Shown in pieces: positions 51,823-63,809 of a DNA stretch of 64,000 bases. Source of the stretch: Balamuthia mandrillaris (Eukaryota). The position numbers and the translations under genes were made by a program. The notes beneath the pieces are model-generated. The model made no database searches. It was not told the origin of the DNA and was given only the letters and a program-made list of their open reading frames with translations. The stretch covers positions 124,001 through 188,000 of the forward strand of contig JAVKOQ020000068.1 in the NCBI GenBank assembly GCA_031835245.2. Direction: 5' to 3'. Within the stretch, counting starts at the first letter, position 1; every line of letters starts with the position of its first letter.

Positions 51823-52152
51823 TTACTTGGTTCTCGCAACAGTGTTTAAGATCCTCAGCTCAGGTTTGGAGGCCACCGTGATGCCGTTCTCCTTGCACGT
51901 CTTGCTATGATCAAACTCGATACGGTTGCCAGATCGCTTGTCCACGCCCCAAATCCCATTTGCGTTTTGCTTCACGTTCTCTCCAAGTTGATCTTTCAGC
52001 TTAGAGACCAGAGAAGAAAAGGGCTCGTTTTCGGTGACGGTGACGTTGTAGGTGCCGGTGTTCTCCCACTGTTTATTGAAGCCGGTGAACCAGCCGCTGC
52101 GTATCACCAACTTGATGTCTGGTTGTCTGCCGCTCAAATCAGAATAAGCCAT
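51823..52152 (-). CDS. Small hypothetical protein, possible ubiquitin-like fold
   Basis: 109-aa single-exon ORF with coding-like composition; VTVTENEPFSSLVSKLK...DHSKTCKENGI. Confidence 0.6.
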   Translation of the reverse strand: MAYSDLSGRQPDIKLVIRSGWFTGFNKQWENTGTYNVTVTENEPFSSLVSKLKDQLGENVKQNANGIWGVDKRSGNRIEFDHSKTCKENGITVASKPELRILNTVARTK

Positions 52153-52432
52153 GGTGGGTTGGTATGCTTGTTTTACGGATAGGCCTTCCAACAGCTGGTT
52201 CTTTCTCTCCTTTCGTTACTGTGCAGATGCAACAACGAAAAATATTTATTTTATCGATAGCGAAGCCCCAAAAAATTGCAATTTTCGTAACGAGCCAATC
52301 AAAAAATAATTTCTTTCAATCATTGGTCGCCAATAATTAGCAACAAATTATTGCTTTATACATCCAAATTATTTATTTTAGCTTTGTTGCATCTTCTTCT
52401 TCTTCTTCCACTTGTTGTTGTTGTTGTTGTGG

Positions 52433-53941
52433 TTAATCTTCTTTGTCTCCTCCTCTGGCGTCGTGATGTTGGTGCCGTGGTTCCATGGCGGATGGAGGAG
52501 GGTGATATGGTTGTGTGGGGATCAACTGAGAAGGCCTGACGGGAGTGCTTGGGCCCAACTGCGTTATCGAAGGGCTGGAATGATGCTCCTCTCGTTGTCC
52601 TTCCTCTTCTTCTTCCTCCTCCTCCTCAACTGCTTCATTTCTCTTCTTCTGCTTCTTTCTCTTTCCTTCCTCCACCTCGGCTTCTTCTTCTTCTCTCAGA
52701 AACATCTCTTCGCTAAACGGTTGCGATTCTTCTGAACTCTCCACGTTCAGCATCTGAGAGAGAGTAAGGGAGTTGATGTCGTCTCCATGATGAGCCCCTC
52801 CGCCGGAAGGAGTGGGCGTGGCCATCAATGGAGTTCCCGTTAGGCTCCAATCGCTTCTATCCGCTCCATCTTCGTCTTCGTTCTCTTCTTTCTCTTTGTC
52901 TTTTCTCTCTTTCACTCTTTTGGCGTTGGCTTCGTTAGCGATTTTTTGCTGTTGAAGATGTTCGTTCCATCGTTTCTCCGCCAACGCCAACTTCTCTTGC
53001 AAAACTTGAATTTCTGCTTTATGCTTGTCTACCTCTATTTTCAACGTTGTCTCTATTTCATCCTTCTGCTTGCCCATCCTCTCCTCCGTTTCTTCTAGCT
53101 TCTTCTTCCACGCCTCTTCCTTTTCCTCCTCGCTCTTCTTCCACTCCTCCAGCTTGTCCCCCAGCTCCTTTTTCTCTGCTTCCAGGCTTTCCATTCTCTC
53201 TTTTGCTTCCTCCATTTCTTTCTTGCTTCGTTCATTCGCTCTCTCGTGAGTCCACTCCAAATGTTTCAACTTTTGCAATAGCTCACGTTCTTGTGACTCG
53301 ATCAGAGTCAGTTTTTGAGAAGTCTCGCTGAGATGACGACGTTTCAGGTCCAATGTTTCAGCAAGAGAGGCATTTGCTTTCTTGGCTGCCTCCAACTGGG
53401 CGGAGAGGTTCTTCATTTTCTTCTCTCGCTCTGCGTCTTGTTTCTTCATTTCGGTGTAGCGCACAAACATCTTTTTCAATCGCGTCTTGGCTCGTTCGTT
53501 GGTTTCTTCCATCTTCTTGCATCGCTTCTCCATCTCGGCCAAAGAGGAGGCGCCTTCACTTCCACTTTGTTGATCAATTTTCTTCTTTTCATCGCCATCA
53601 TTCACTTGTGTCGAACTAGACGTTGAAGTTGTAGAGGTTGTTGCAGGTCTATTGTTGAGTTCGGTGTGAAGAGCTGTAGCGAGTTCAGCACAAATTGCAG
53701 TTCTGGTCTCTGCGAGTAACTCCTTTCCGGCAGCAAGCATGGCTTCTCTCTCCGCCCGTATGATGCGTTTCAGTCGTCTCTCCAACATAACGTCCTCTGC
53801 TTCTTCGGTGATCAATGCTTTCCTTATCGCTGCTAACTGGTCCTTCAACTTTTTGTTTTCTGAGAGAACGACTTTGTTGTGCTCTTCGTTGTCTGTCGTT
53901 GTGGTTTTGGTCTCAGAACTATCGACGGAACGACCTAGCAC
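52433..53941 (-). CDS. Long coiled-coil protein (start probably in a small upstream exon near 54055)
   Basis: 502-aa E/K-rich heptad ORF. Confidence 0.7.
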   Translation of the reverse strand: MLGRSVDSSETKTTTTDNEEHNKVVLSENKKLKDQLAAIRKALITEEAEDVMLERRLKRIIRAEREAMLAAGKELLAETRTAICAELATALHTELNNRPATTSTTSTSSSTQVNDGDEKKKIDQQSGSEGASSLAEMEKRCKKMEETNERAKTRLKKMFVRYTEMKKQDAEREKKMKNLSAQLEAAKKANASLAETLDLKRRHLSETSQKLTLIESQERELLQKLKHLEWTHERANERSKKEMEEAKERMESLEAEKKELGDKLEEWKKSEEEKEEAWKKKLEETEERMGKQKDEIETTLKIEVDKHKAEIQVLQEKLALAEKRWNEHLQQQKIANEANAKRVKERKDKEKEENEDEDGADRSDWSLTGTPLMATPTPSGGGAHHGDDINSLTLSQMLNVESSEESQPFSEEMFLREEEEAEVEEGKRKKQKKRNEAVEEEEEEEEEGQREEHHSSPSITQLGPSTPVRPSQLIPTQPYHPPPSAMEPRHQHHDARGGDKED

Positions 53942-54427
53942 ACAACTGAACCAAGTGATTTTATTACGTAGGGTGCACCAAAATGCATTAATTGGGTGGC
54001 GATCTGCACGCTAATATAGATCGAAATGACCACTAGTGATCGGGAGACTGAGCATAGTTGCCACACGAGCAAAGCATGTTTTTTTTTAAAATAAAACTTA
54101 ACTTTAGACGACGGACTTTATACTCTTTACAACAACAATAATAACTTAGAATTACTAAGCACAATTTTGCGCCGCTCCAGCGCCATCATCGTGGACAGCA
54201 CTCTTTCTCTCCTCCTTCTTCTTGTCTTCCCACTTTCGATTCTTCTCTTTGGTGTCTTCATCGAGACACCACTCATCGAAAGAGAAGAATTATCTTCTCT
54301 CCCAAATCCCACCCCACAATAGAATAAACATACCTCTTCTCCAACGCTGACGAGAAGAAAAAGAAAAGAAAAGATATAAAACTATCTTTTCCAATCTTCT
54401 CCTTCTTCACGTCTTTCACTTCGCTGT

Positions 54428-56939
54428 TCACGCGGAGAACACAAACTTTCGTCGCTTGAGTTCCTCCCACAACATCCTCCTCTCCTTCTGTACTCCGCCG
54501 AGAATGTCCGAGTTCTCCTCGGCGCGACGGATAAGATAAGGCATCACCTCCTTGACGGGTCCGTAGGGCACGTACTTGTAGACGGCATAGCCGTGGCGGC
54601 CCAGCGTGAAGGACACGTGATCGCACATGCCCAACAATTGCCCAAAGTATACTCCACCATCTGTGGGAATGTTATATTCCTGTTTTGGGTTTGAGTTTGT
54701 ATCAGGTGGGAGGAAAAAAAGGATAAAGCAGATAAGAAAAAAGAGAAGAAAAACAAACCCGCATCTTTTGGATGGCGTGGAGAATAGACTTCTCGTTGTG
54801 AGTGGCGATCATAAGGTCCGCTCGCTCGTGGTTGGCAAGGATGAGGTCCATTACGCGATGATAGTTTTGGTTGGTAGCCTCGTAGTTTGGTTGAATTGGA
54901 TCCGCGTAATTGTACTGAAAAAAATGTGGGTTAAGCTAAAAAGATATTTTGAATAATAGGGAGAGAGAAAATACTACCTTAAGAGCTCTAGCTCTCTCTT
55001 GGATCATGTAAGCTCCGCGAACGAGCTTAGCAGCGAACTTGAAGTCCCTGCGCTTGGCTCGTTCTAAGTCGATGGCGACGCGGCCAAAGCAATCATTGAG
55101 ATAGCACTGGTAGGTATTGAAGACGATAGGCTTCTCTTTGTTGTAGCGGCGCTGCATGTTGACGACCATGTGATCGATAGCCGGTTGGAAGTAGGTATGC
55201 TCCGCGTCTACCAATAAACGAACCTAGAAAAAAAGATAATTCAGTCAAGAAAGAAAAAAAGAAGAAAGAAGTTACCGTACCTCATTTTGAGCGGCCACTT
55301 CAGCCAAACGTTCCAAACGCTCGACCATGGCTTCCATGCGATGACACTCCTCCTCATTGAGAGAAGGTAAGAGACCTTTTTTGTAGGCAGAGGAAAAGAA
55401 TGGCTGCATGGTCTCATCGTTGGGTGTCAGCGACTCAATCCAGTCCACAAAGTCAATAAAACCCGTCTTGGAAATATTCTATTCACAATGCACAAATGTG
55501 AGCAAAGGTACGGTACGGTACGGTACGGTTAAATAAAAGAAAAGGACGTAAGAAGAAAAGGAGGAAGGTTAAATAAAAGAAAGCGAACCATTTTGTGGAA
55601 AAGAGCAGTGGTTTCCTCAGCACTAAGGTCGTTATCCAAGCTTTGCAGGGTGTAGAGAAAGTCCTCGTGAGATATCTTGCGATCAAGATAAGGGTTTGGC
55701 TCCTTCCTTCCATTCTCAAACTTCTTAAACAGTCTTCTAATCTCAAGAATAATTTCAGAGATACGCATAAGCAACTCGGGCTTACCCAGCGCTGTGACCT
55801 TTATGGCCACAAATCCTTTATCCCTATGAGCAGAGTCTTTGATGCTTGCTTCAAAGAGCTAAAGACAAAAAAAAAAAGAGAGAGAGAGAGAAAATGAACA
55901 TAAGCCCAGAGAAGCCAAAAAAAAAAAAAAAGAGAAAAAGAAGAGAACGGATACCTTCATGTGGTTGTCACACTCCTCTTCGCCCTCATAGAAATAAGTA
56001 CGAGCACTAACAACACCCATTCTTCTGTCCTTAAACTCTTGCTTCGGGCTGAACTGACGATGAATGATGTCTCCATTCTCCGCTCGCGTTCTCTGTTCAG
56101 CCTCTTCTTGCTGTCTCCTCATCTCGGCTTGTTGCCTCTCCAGATCTTCCTTGGCTTGAGAAAAGGACTGAGCGGGTTTGTTCTGAGGTACGTCCGACTC
56201 AGCAGCATAGTCAAGGATAGCTCCGATACCAGCCACTCGCAGGCGGTCGATAACAGGCAAGAACTCCTCCGCCTTCTCTCCTGCACAAAAGTGGGCAAAG
56301 AACGTTTGTTTCATCACCCACTCCACAGGCCTTGGAGCCCACGGTCTTCTCCGCCAGTTTAATAAGACGGGCCGAGTTACGAACGAGAAAGTTAAAGGAG
56401 CAGAGCTTAAAGATCAACAGGGCTCTGGCTATCTCTAAGTTGGTCTTGCTCCCATAAGCTACTCTACCGTCGTTGAACTCTGCCTCCACCTGTACGCGAC
56501 ATGGCCGGGCTTCGACCTGAGGAAGAGCCTCCGCCTGTTGTGCTGTTTGGGACAGGACAGACTCCGCTTGCACCGCCGTTGGTACAAAGACGCTGCCGGG
56601 AGTAGCCACCAAAGTGGAGAATGGAGCTCCACTGACAGGAGCAACTCCTCCACCGGATGCTGCTGGAGCAACAAATGGAGTGGCAGAAGAGACGGAAGGA
56701 TGGTGGTGGTTGTGGTTGTGGTTGTGATGATTGGGATGAACGTGATGGTGGTGGTGAGAGCAAGTGCCAGCGGAGGGAAGGGAGGAAGGTGGTGCAGCAC
56801 AGAGAGAACCAGCGGTGGCTCGGTAGCTAGCAAGCGACCTTGGAACTAAGCAAAGAGAAGCGTTGGAGGAGAGACGAGTGCTCCTCAGTTGTACCTTGTT
56901 GCAGGAAGAATAGGCAGCAAAAGCACGGGATTTCCACAT
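54428..56939 (-). CDS. PRODH: Mitochondrial proline dehydrogenase with EF-hand-like insert; contains a 1-nt frameshift near 56330
   Basis: TFFAHFCAGE, ILDYAAE, AIKVTALG, VDAEHTYFQPAI, KLVRGAYM, IATHNE, FGQLLGMCD and YKYVPYGPVKEVMPYLIRRAEEN. Confidence 0.93.
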
Positions 56940-58462
56940 TCTGTTTTTTTCCTGTTTTTCTTGTCCTTTCGGCAAGTGCTCACTTAGACTCGAGCACAGA
57001 GAGTTTTGTGGATAAAGACTGGCTTTTAAGCGTCGGTGGTGTGCCTGTTGTGTAAAATAAGGTGCCGAGGCAACGCAAACGAACGTAAGCACACCCAGTA
57101 TTGCAGGCTTGCGCTAACACACACAAAAAAATAATAAAAAAATAAAATAACGAGTATGTATGTACAAAAAATCGAGCTAGTGTATGTTGTTCTTTTCGTT
57201 CGCAACCGAAATAAAAAAAAAAGAGGGAGAATGATGTCTTAAAATGAATAAGAGGAGAGAGGAGGTAGTTAATTTTTTCCTGTTAAGGGAAAAAACAGAG
57301 AAAGCGTGAAAATAAAACACCAAAAGGAAAGCAGGAGCGTGAGACAGAGGAAATGATAGCAACTGCCGACGAGGCCCAAAGCAAATGCAAATGGGTTTGA
57401 ATTGGGATAGAGGGCGGAATTGAGCGCGAGTTTCCGCCCAATTGCTCCGCGAAACTTCCTTCCCCAAGAATTTCCATTTTTCGAAAAATTTAAGGAAAAA
57501 AAGAACAAAAAAATGGAGCGAAATTTGAGGGCAGAGCGAAGCGAAAAAAATGACCGTTTTTGCTGTTGTGGGAGAGGAGGGCGCGGTGGTGGGAGGAGGT
57601 AGTGGGCTGTTGGTGGTTGAAGATAGGTGGGGTAGAGAAAAAGAGCAGGCGTTGGTTTTGGGCAGGAAGAGGAGAGGTGGTGCGAAGTTGAAGGTGCGAA
57701 GACAGAGGAATAAATCCAAAAAAAAAAAAGAAATCAAGAAAATCAAAAAAAAAAAACGAGCAAACTTTTGCTCCAAGGAAATTTAGGAGTTCTGTTCACG
57801 ACACACAAAACAAAGGTACAAACATAGCTAAAGGAGAGAGGAGGGAAGTTTTACCTGTGTGCTCTGTGCTGCTTCTCTTGTAGCGTGCGCACTTGGTGGT
57901 TGTAATGGCAGCTAAAAGGTGGCAGGAGTTTGTTTTTGTTTTCCTCTTGGTAAAGCACGGGTCTGCGCGACCACGTTAACCTTTTGGTACGAGTTGGTGG
58001 TTTACAAAAAGGGGAGTTTGTGGGTAAAGTTATGTAGCTTACAGGCTGCGTGCGTGTATGGTATGTGTTATGAATGGTTTTAAGGTGCAGAAAAAGGAGG
58101 AAGGAAAAAGGAATTACCTCCCCAGAAGAACTATCGAGAAATGAGGGGTCGAGCTCCGGCGGCGGACTTTTTGTTTGCTCCCCAACCCAAAGAGTCTATC
58201 TCCCCAAAATTACACCCCAGTTTAAATTCGGGGAGATAAAATCGATTGGTCGTCGACACGACAGATCTTTTTTTCAACGAGCCTTATTTGTTCCTGTCCT
58301 TCCAAAATACGATCACCCTACGCAACAGGCCCGTTCCGGGTGACCTGCGAAGTTTCCAAGGACTGAACGTCGACAATATTTCTCGGAGGACCCCTCTTTA
58401 TAAAGTTGGCTTTGTTGGGAAGAACGCTATGCCAAGGAAAAAAAAACAACACGAAAGAAGGA

Positions 58463-59131
58463 ATGGGCACGAACCACCAACATGCTTCTCCGGAACGGGT
58501 GCCTCTGCCCACGCTTTGCCCTCCCGCCAACTTTGGCATCGTGGAGCCAAACGTCTACCGCTCTAACGCTCTCTACCCCATCAACTTTCCCTTTATACGG
58601 CAGCTGAAGCTGAAGACCGTGGTCAGCCTCTCTCCTGACCTCCCCAACAAAGCCGTCTCCACCTTCTTCAGCGACAATGGCATCACCCTCATTCACTTGG
58701 GTTTGAAGACTTTGGACACCAAGTACAAGAAGGGAGCCTCCACGAACAAACCAATCTCTGAGGAATTGATCAAAGAAGCGTTGGAAGTGGTGCTTGACGC
58801 AGGGAGCCACCCCATCATGATCATGTGCAGCTCTGGCATCCACCAAACGGGAACGTTGGTGGGCTGTTTCCGACGTTTGCAGAATTGGAACCTTACACCC
58901 ATTCTGCAAGAGTACAGAACCTTCTCGGGCAGCAGCACACGGTTTGCAAACGAACAGTTCATCGAGCTCTTTGATGTGGACCTGGTCACCCTGCCAGAGA
59001 ACCTCCCTTGGTGGTTTGTGGAGCAGCAGCGCATGATGGAAGAAGAAATGGCGGAAGAGGAACAACAAGAACTGGAGAGACATGAAGGAGGAGGAAAGCA
59101 GCTTGCTGCAGCCACCGAACAGTGGTTTTGA
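58463..59131 (+). CDS. Siw14/OCA-family tyrosine-phosphatase-like protein (OCA2/OCA4-like, lacking the P-loop Arg)
   Basis: PPANFGIVEPNVYRS, MCSSGIHQTGTLVGCFRRLQNW and NEQFIELFD. Confidence 0.88.
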   Translation: MGTNHQHASPERVPLPTLCPPANFGIVEPNVYRSNALYPINFPFIRQLKLKTVVSLSPDLPNKAVSTFFSDNGITLIHLGLKTLDTKYKKGASTNKPISEELIKEALEVVLDAGSHPIMIMCSSGIHQTGTLVGCFRRLQNWNLTPILQEYRTFSGSSTRFANEQFIELFDVDLVTLPENLPWWFVEQQRMMEEEMAEEEQQELERHEGGGKQLAAATEQWF

Positions 59132-59218
59132 GTAGCAGCAATGCCATATTTCTTTTATTTCTTCGTTTCACACTTCCTTTCATGTCGACACAAACTCCAG
59201 GGTAACAGATTAAAAACA

Positions 59219-60244
59219 ATGTTGAGAGGGAGTGGTCGTCGCATCCGGCTGCACCCCTTTGCCTTTCGCCAGTTTGAGGATGCGAGCTACGCTGGCACCA
59301 GAGTAGTGGGCATGAGCAAGGCAGAGTTTGAGGAGAAGGTTAATCACCACTACGACCACAAAGAGGCTGAGTCTGAAACCACCTGTCTTGCTGAGGGGTA
59401 AGAGGAATCATATAATAACGAGCACGCTCCTCGATTACCTGTCTCACCACTTTTTCTAAACCTTTGAAGCTATGCACCTTTTTGCAAACATCTATTTATA
59501 CCAAACTTTACTGGCGCAACTGTTGGGAGTTTACGGATCACTCCTGAGAATGAACACCTGCTTCGGTTACCTCCACCCTCTTCTCCTCTTCTATCCCCTC
59601 ATTCCGTCGTTCTGTTCTCACTCACCCACTCCTCTTCGCTTCGTTGTTCTTCATTGTCTTCTCGTCCCTTGTTCTGTGTCTCTGTCTCTGTCTCTGTCTC
59701 TGTCTCTGTCTCTGTCTCCTCTCATTCTCGCGAATGCTGCAAAACAGGTCAGATTACGTTGCACGAAGAGAAGGAGAGCTACCTGTTTTAACACGATGGT
59801 TTCCTCACGACAAAGTTACCCTCCCAACAGCAGCCTTCCTCGACATAATCCTTTACTCGTATGTTTTCTTCTTCTTGCGCCTATTGCTTCTTTTCATCGT
59901 ACATTGTCATGACCAAGCCCAAAAAAACAACAGAAAAGAACAGATTGACAAAGAGGACGCTGCGATGGGATCTAACGAAAGCAGCAGTCTCTCAAACCAG
60001 GATTACCAATGGGGCATCGTTTCCATCAAAGCACAAAACGAAGAGTAGGTTACTCTCTTATCTTCCTTTCTACAAAGCTAAAAACAAACCCAAAACAAAA
60101 CAAAGGTTTGAGTCACCAATGGCCCCAATAACAATGATGCGGAATGCGTTGGGCGTTAAGGATGGGGGCAGCGGTGTTGCACTCGATAGAGATGCATACG
60201 CTCGCTCTGTTGCTTACTGGAAAGAACATGCAAATGTCTTGTGA
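59219..60244 (+). CDS. DUF3228 family protein
   Basis: FAFRQF, GYAPFCKHLF, ELPVLTRWF, LDIILYS, WGIVSIKAQ, PMAPITMMRNALG and GGSGV. Confidence 0.88.
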
Positions 60245-60267
60245 TGATGATAGCGCCCTCTTTGTAT

Positions 60268-62238
60268 TCACGTTTTGTAAAAGCACATCACTTCTTCTTC
60301 CTCTTTTTCTTCCTCTTCTGCCGTACGTTTTGATATTGCGTGTTTGCTCTCCTCATTTTCATCGTCAGCGTCCTCTTCCTCCTCTTCTGCTAATCTAGAG
60401 TTGCTCTTCACTTCGATTTCCTTTTTGCCCTTGTCATTGGAGCAAGAGAGGCACCCGAATCTTTTGCTCCTTTCCCGCTTCTTCTTTGGATACCGAATAA
60501 AGCTGAACGTTTCGCCATCACTGCCTCCTTCCAATTCTTTCGGACAAGCAGCAGCCAGGTTGATTTCCACCACCGCTCCTCCTATTGATCCCGAAACGGC
60601 GGGATAGGGCAAGAAGCCGAGGGCAGCATTCTCCACGGTGCGCTTGTCTTCATAATTGAGCAATGGAAGTCTTGCCTTTAGGTGACGAACCTCCTTGCCG
60701 TTGACGTATAAGCGAAAGCTGCGTTTTTGCCAGTCCAATCCAATACCCACATAATCCCCCTCCATGAATCCACCATTCTGGTGAAAGAGAGGCCCGCCTG
60801 GTAAAAAACTTTTGCCATGCGAGTGGAAAGCCAGACTGTGATTCGAATCTCTGTACATGTCTGGAACAAGATCCATTTCCTCTTTTTCATCTTTCTTGGA
60901 GGGGGGAAGAAAGATGAGGCCCAGAGCAACATCGCGGCCAGATAGTACGTGAAACTCGCAGTAAGGATAGGACGGGCTGAGAGGAGCTTTGCAAGGGAGG
61001 GTAGCGGTGTGCGTGGAGTTAGGGGCATTGAGCAGTGCGATTGTGTTGTTCTTGCGTAGGATGATGTTGGCTCGGTTTCGCCCTCGTTTTATGTCAAAAC
61101 ATTGGAGCGCTTTTTATCAGAAATGAAAAGCAGAGGGAAAAGAAGAAAGAATGGCTCTGAGCAGTCTTCGAAACAAAAGTACAGAAAGCGTCACATACCT
61201 TTTCTGCGCTTTTTGTTCAGGAAAGTAGGAGCATAGCTCGGCAGCAACAACGCCTTGAAAGCGTCATAGAGGATAGCGCGAAGGTCCGGCAGCTCTTCCA
61301 GTTCCTTATGCGCCTCTAGGAGACGACTCAGAGCATCTGCATCTATGTAGGTGAAGCGTATTTGAGCCAAGAGGCGTTTCAGGACTTGATGCTTTCTGTA
61401 GGTATCGTCTCCTAGCTGGGCAACGTAGGTTAAAAGTGCATCCAGAGCTTCTTCTTCAGCACTTTGCAGCAAAGAAGAGATAAGTATACCTCAAAAATAA
61501 GAGGGACAAGAGCAAATACAGGAAGAGGAGAAGCAGTATAGCTGAGGCTAGTACAACAGAGAAGGTCAATACTTACTGGACCCATAACAAGTCACTCCGA
61601 AGCATTGCCTCCCACACATCCACCGGCAACGACATCAACCTCCCCTTGTCCCATCTCAACATGGCCCCAAACCTTTCCGCCAGCATTGTCCCGCAGGCAT
61701 CACACAAAGGCCTGCAATCCACCGCCTGCACCACATCCAACAAGAAGCACATGTTCTCGGTGGAGACCTGTTCCCCCAACAACCGTCCACAAACATCCTT
61801 GAGCGAGGCTACGCCGTACCTATCGCTCAAGAAGAGCAATGGCAAGACGTTGAAACTGTCCACGAAATCGGTAGCACCGGTGTACATGTGTTTTATCATG
61901 AGCTTGAAGCAGTCACGCTCCTTTGCATCGGAGAGGTCCTCTATGGCAAGCTCGGAGGGGCACTCAGCGCTGAGTATCATGCCGCGCAGTCGATCGCTGC
62001 AGGCGCAGAGGACCGTTTTGTGAGCTTTCAGCTGTTCCACGGTTTGTTGTTGTGCCGGGCCGAGCAGCAGCAGCAGGGTGATGTCGCCGCACCGCTCCAC
62101 GTTGCTGTACAGTTGGGCGAAGCTGCGGCGAACCATTTCGCCAAAGAAAGAGGCGTCCAGGCCGGAATGCTTGGTTTTGGCCAGGGAGGCAACATCTACG
62201 CCTCTAAACAGGCCAACGGGCCGCTCTTCCAGTTCCAT
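60268..62238 (-). CDS. BTB/POZ-BACK protein with C-terminal SPRY-like domain
   Basis: LKAHKTVLCACS, MIKHMYTG, LSDRYGVASLKDVC and IRFTYID; GDYVGIGLDW...LYVNGK...YPAVS. Confidence 0.85.
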
Positions 62239-62543
62239 CACTACGTGCAAAAACCTTTATTGTTCTTTTTCTTCTCCAATTTTTTTTTTGCTCCCGCCAA
62301 AATTTTTCGAAGCATTACGATATTTGGTCGACATAAATATCAAATTAGAAAATTTAATTAAAGGATTATCAATTAAATTGTCGACAGTAATGCTTTTTGT
62401 CTTCTTTATTGTTCCCCGAACAAAAGAAGCGAAGGGGCAACAAAAAAAAAATTGGAAGAGACAAGAGGGGGGGATTCTCTCTGGTTTGTTAACAACCCAC
62501 ACACCATAACAAGCAAAAAGAGAATTTTGCAAACGACTCCAGT

Positions 62544-63809
62544 ATGAAGGCTATAAAGTGCGTTGTGGTGGGGGATGGCGCAATTGGAAAAACCTGCATG
62601 TTGATGTCTTTCTCCAAGAACACGTTCCCGGAGTCCTACGTGCCCACCGTCTTTGACAATTTCAACACCGCCATCATGGTGGACGATGTGCCTTACAATC
62701 TTACGTGAGAGTCATCCTTGCTATGTCTTTTTGTTTTCTTTCGTTTTCTTAACGTTTCCTTTTCCCCCTCAAAAAAAAAAAAAAAAAAAAAAAAACCAGA
62801 CTCTGGGATACTGCTGGTACTTTGTTTGCCCCTTTTTGTTTCATCTTTCCTTTTATTTTTCTTTCTTATGTGAACTATTTTTTTTTTCTTTGATCTGCTA
62901 AACAGGCCAAGAAGAATTTGATCGGCTAAGAGCGCTTTGTTATCCACAAACGGACGTCTTTCTGGTTTGCTTCTCTTTGGAGAACCCCAACAGCTTTGAA
63001 AACATTTCTCTTCGTGTAATGCCTCCCACTCCTCCTTTCTTCTCTGTCTTCTCCACTTTCCCCTCTCGTTCTCTATTTTATTCCCTCCAGTTCTCTCTTC
63101 TCTCCATGCTGTGTCGTTCTCTTTCGCTTTTCTCTCAAACTGAAGTGTTACTTTATCTTCGCGTTTATGCATTTGTATACATAGTGGCACCCAGAGCTGA
63201 AAGCTCATTGTCCAGGAGTACCGTATGTGTTAGTTGGCACCAAACTAGATCTAAGAAAAGACCCTAAAACATTGGAGAACCTGGAGAAGTTGAAACTCTC
63301 ACCCATTACCACAGAACAGGTTCGTTATTTCTTCTTTGTCCTTCCATTCGTTTTTTCTTTGCCACCCAGACAAACAACAGAGAAAGAATAAAGAAAAAAC
63401 AACATAAAAGAACTAGACAAGAAGAAGAAGAAGAAGAAGAAGAAGAAACAAGAAACAAGAAAGAAGAACAAGAACAAGAACAAGAACAAGAATGAGAACA
63501 AATAGAGAAACGAAAAGAGAAAAACGAAACTCGAAAAACAAGACAACGCAAAGCAGCAAGCAAACTCTTCGCTTATTATTTTAAAAAATCTAATAGGGCA
63601 TAAAACTGGCCGAGTCCATCGGAGCTTTTGCTTATTGCGAATGTTCCGCGATGACACAAGAAGGCCTAAAGAACGTGTTCGACGAGGCAGCGCGCTGCTT
63701 TGTGGCGTACGAGAATGAGGGAATGGAGGGCAGCGACGAGGAGGACGGCGCCGCTGGTCCTCCAGCGAGCAACAACGGGGCCAAAGGCAAATGTTGTGTG
63801 CTGTCTTGA
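62544..63809 (+). CDS. Rho/Rac-family small GTPase (5 exons)
   Basis: [42 protein letters not shown] and C-terminal CCVLS*. Confidence 0.95.

Noticed and set aside
57100..58400. ORFs in the PRODH-OCA divergent spacer
   Set aside because: Low-complexity, A/T-run-rich translations consistent with promoter/UTR sequence.
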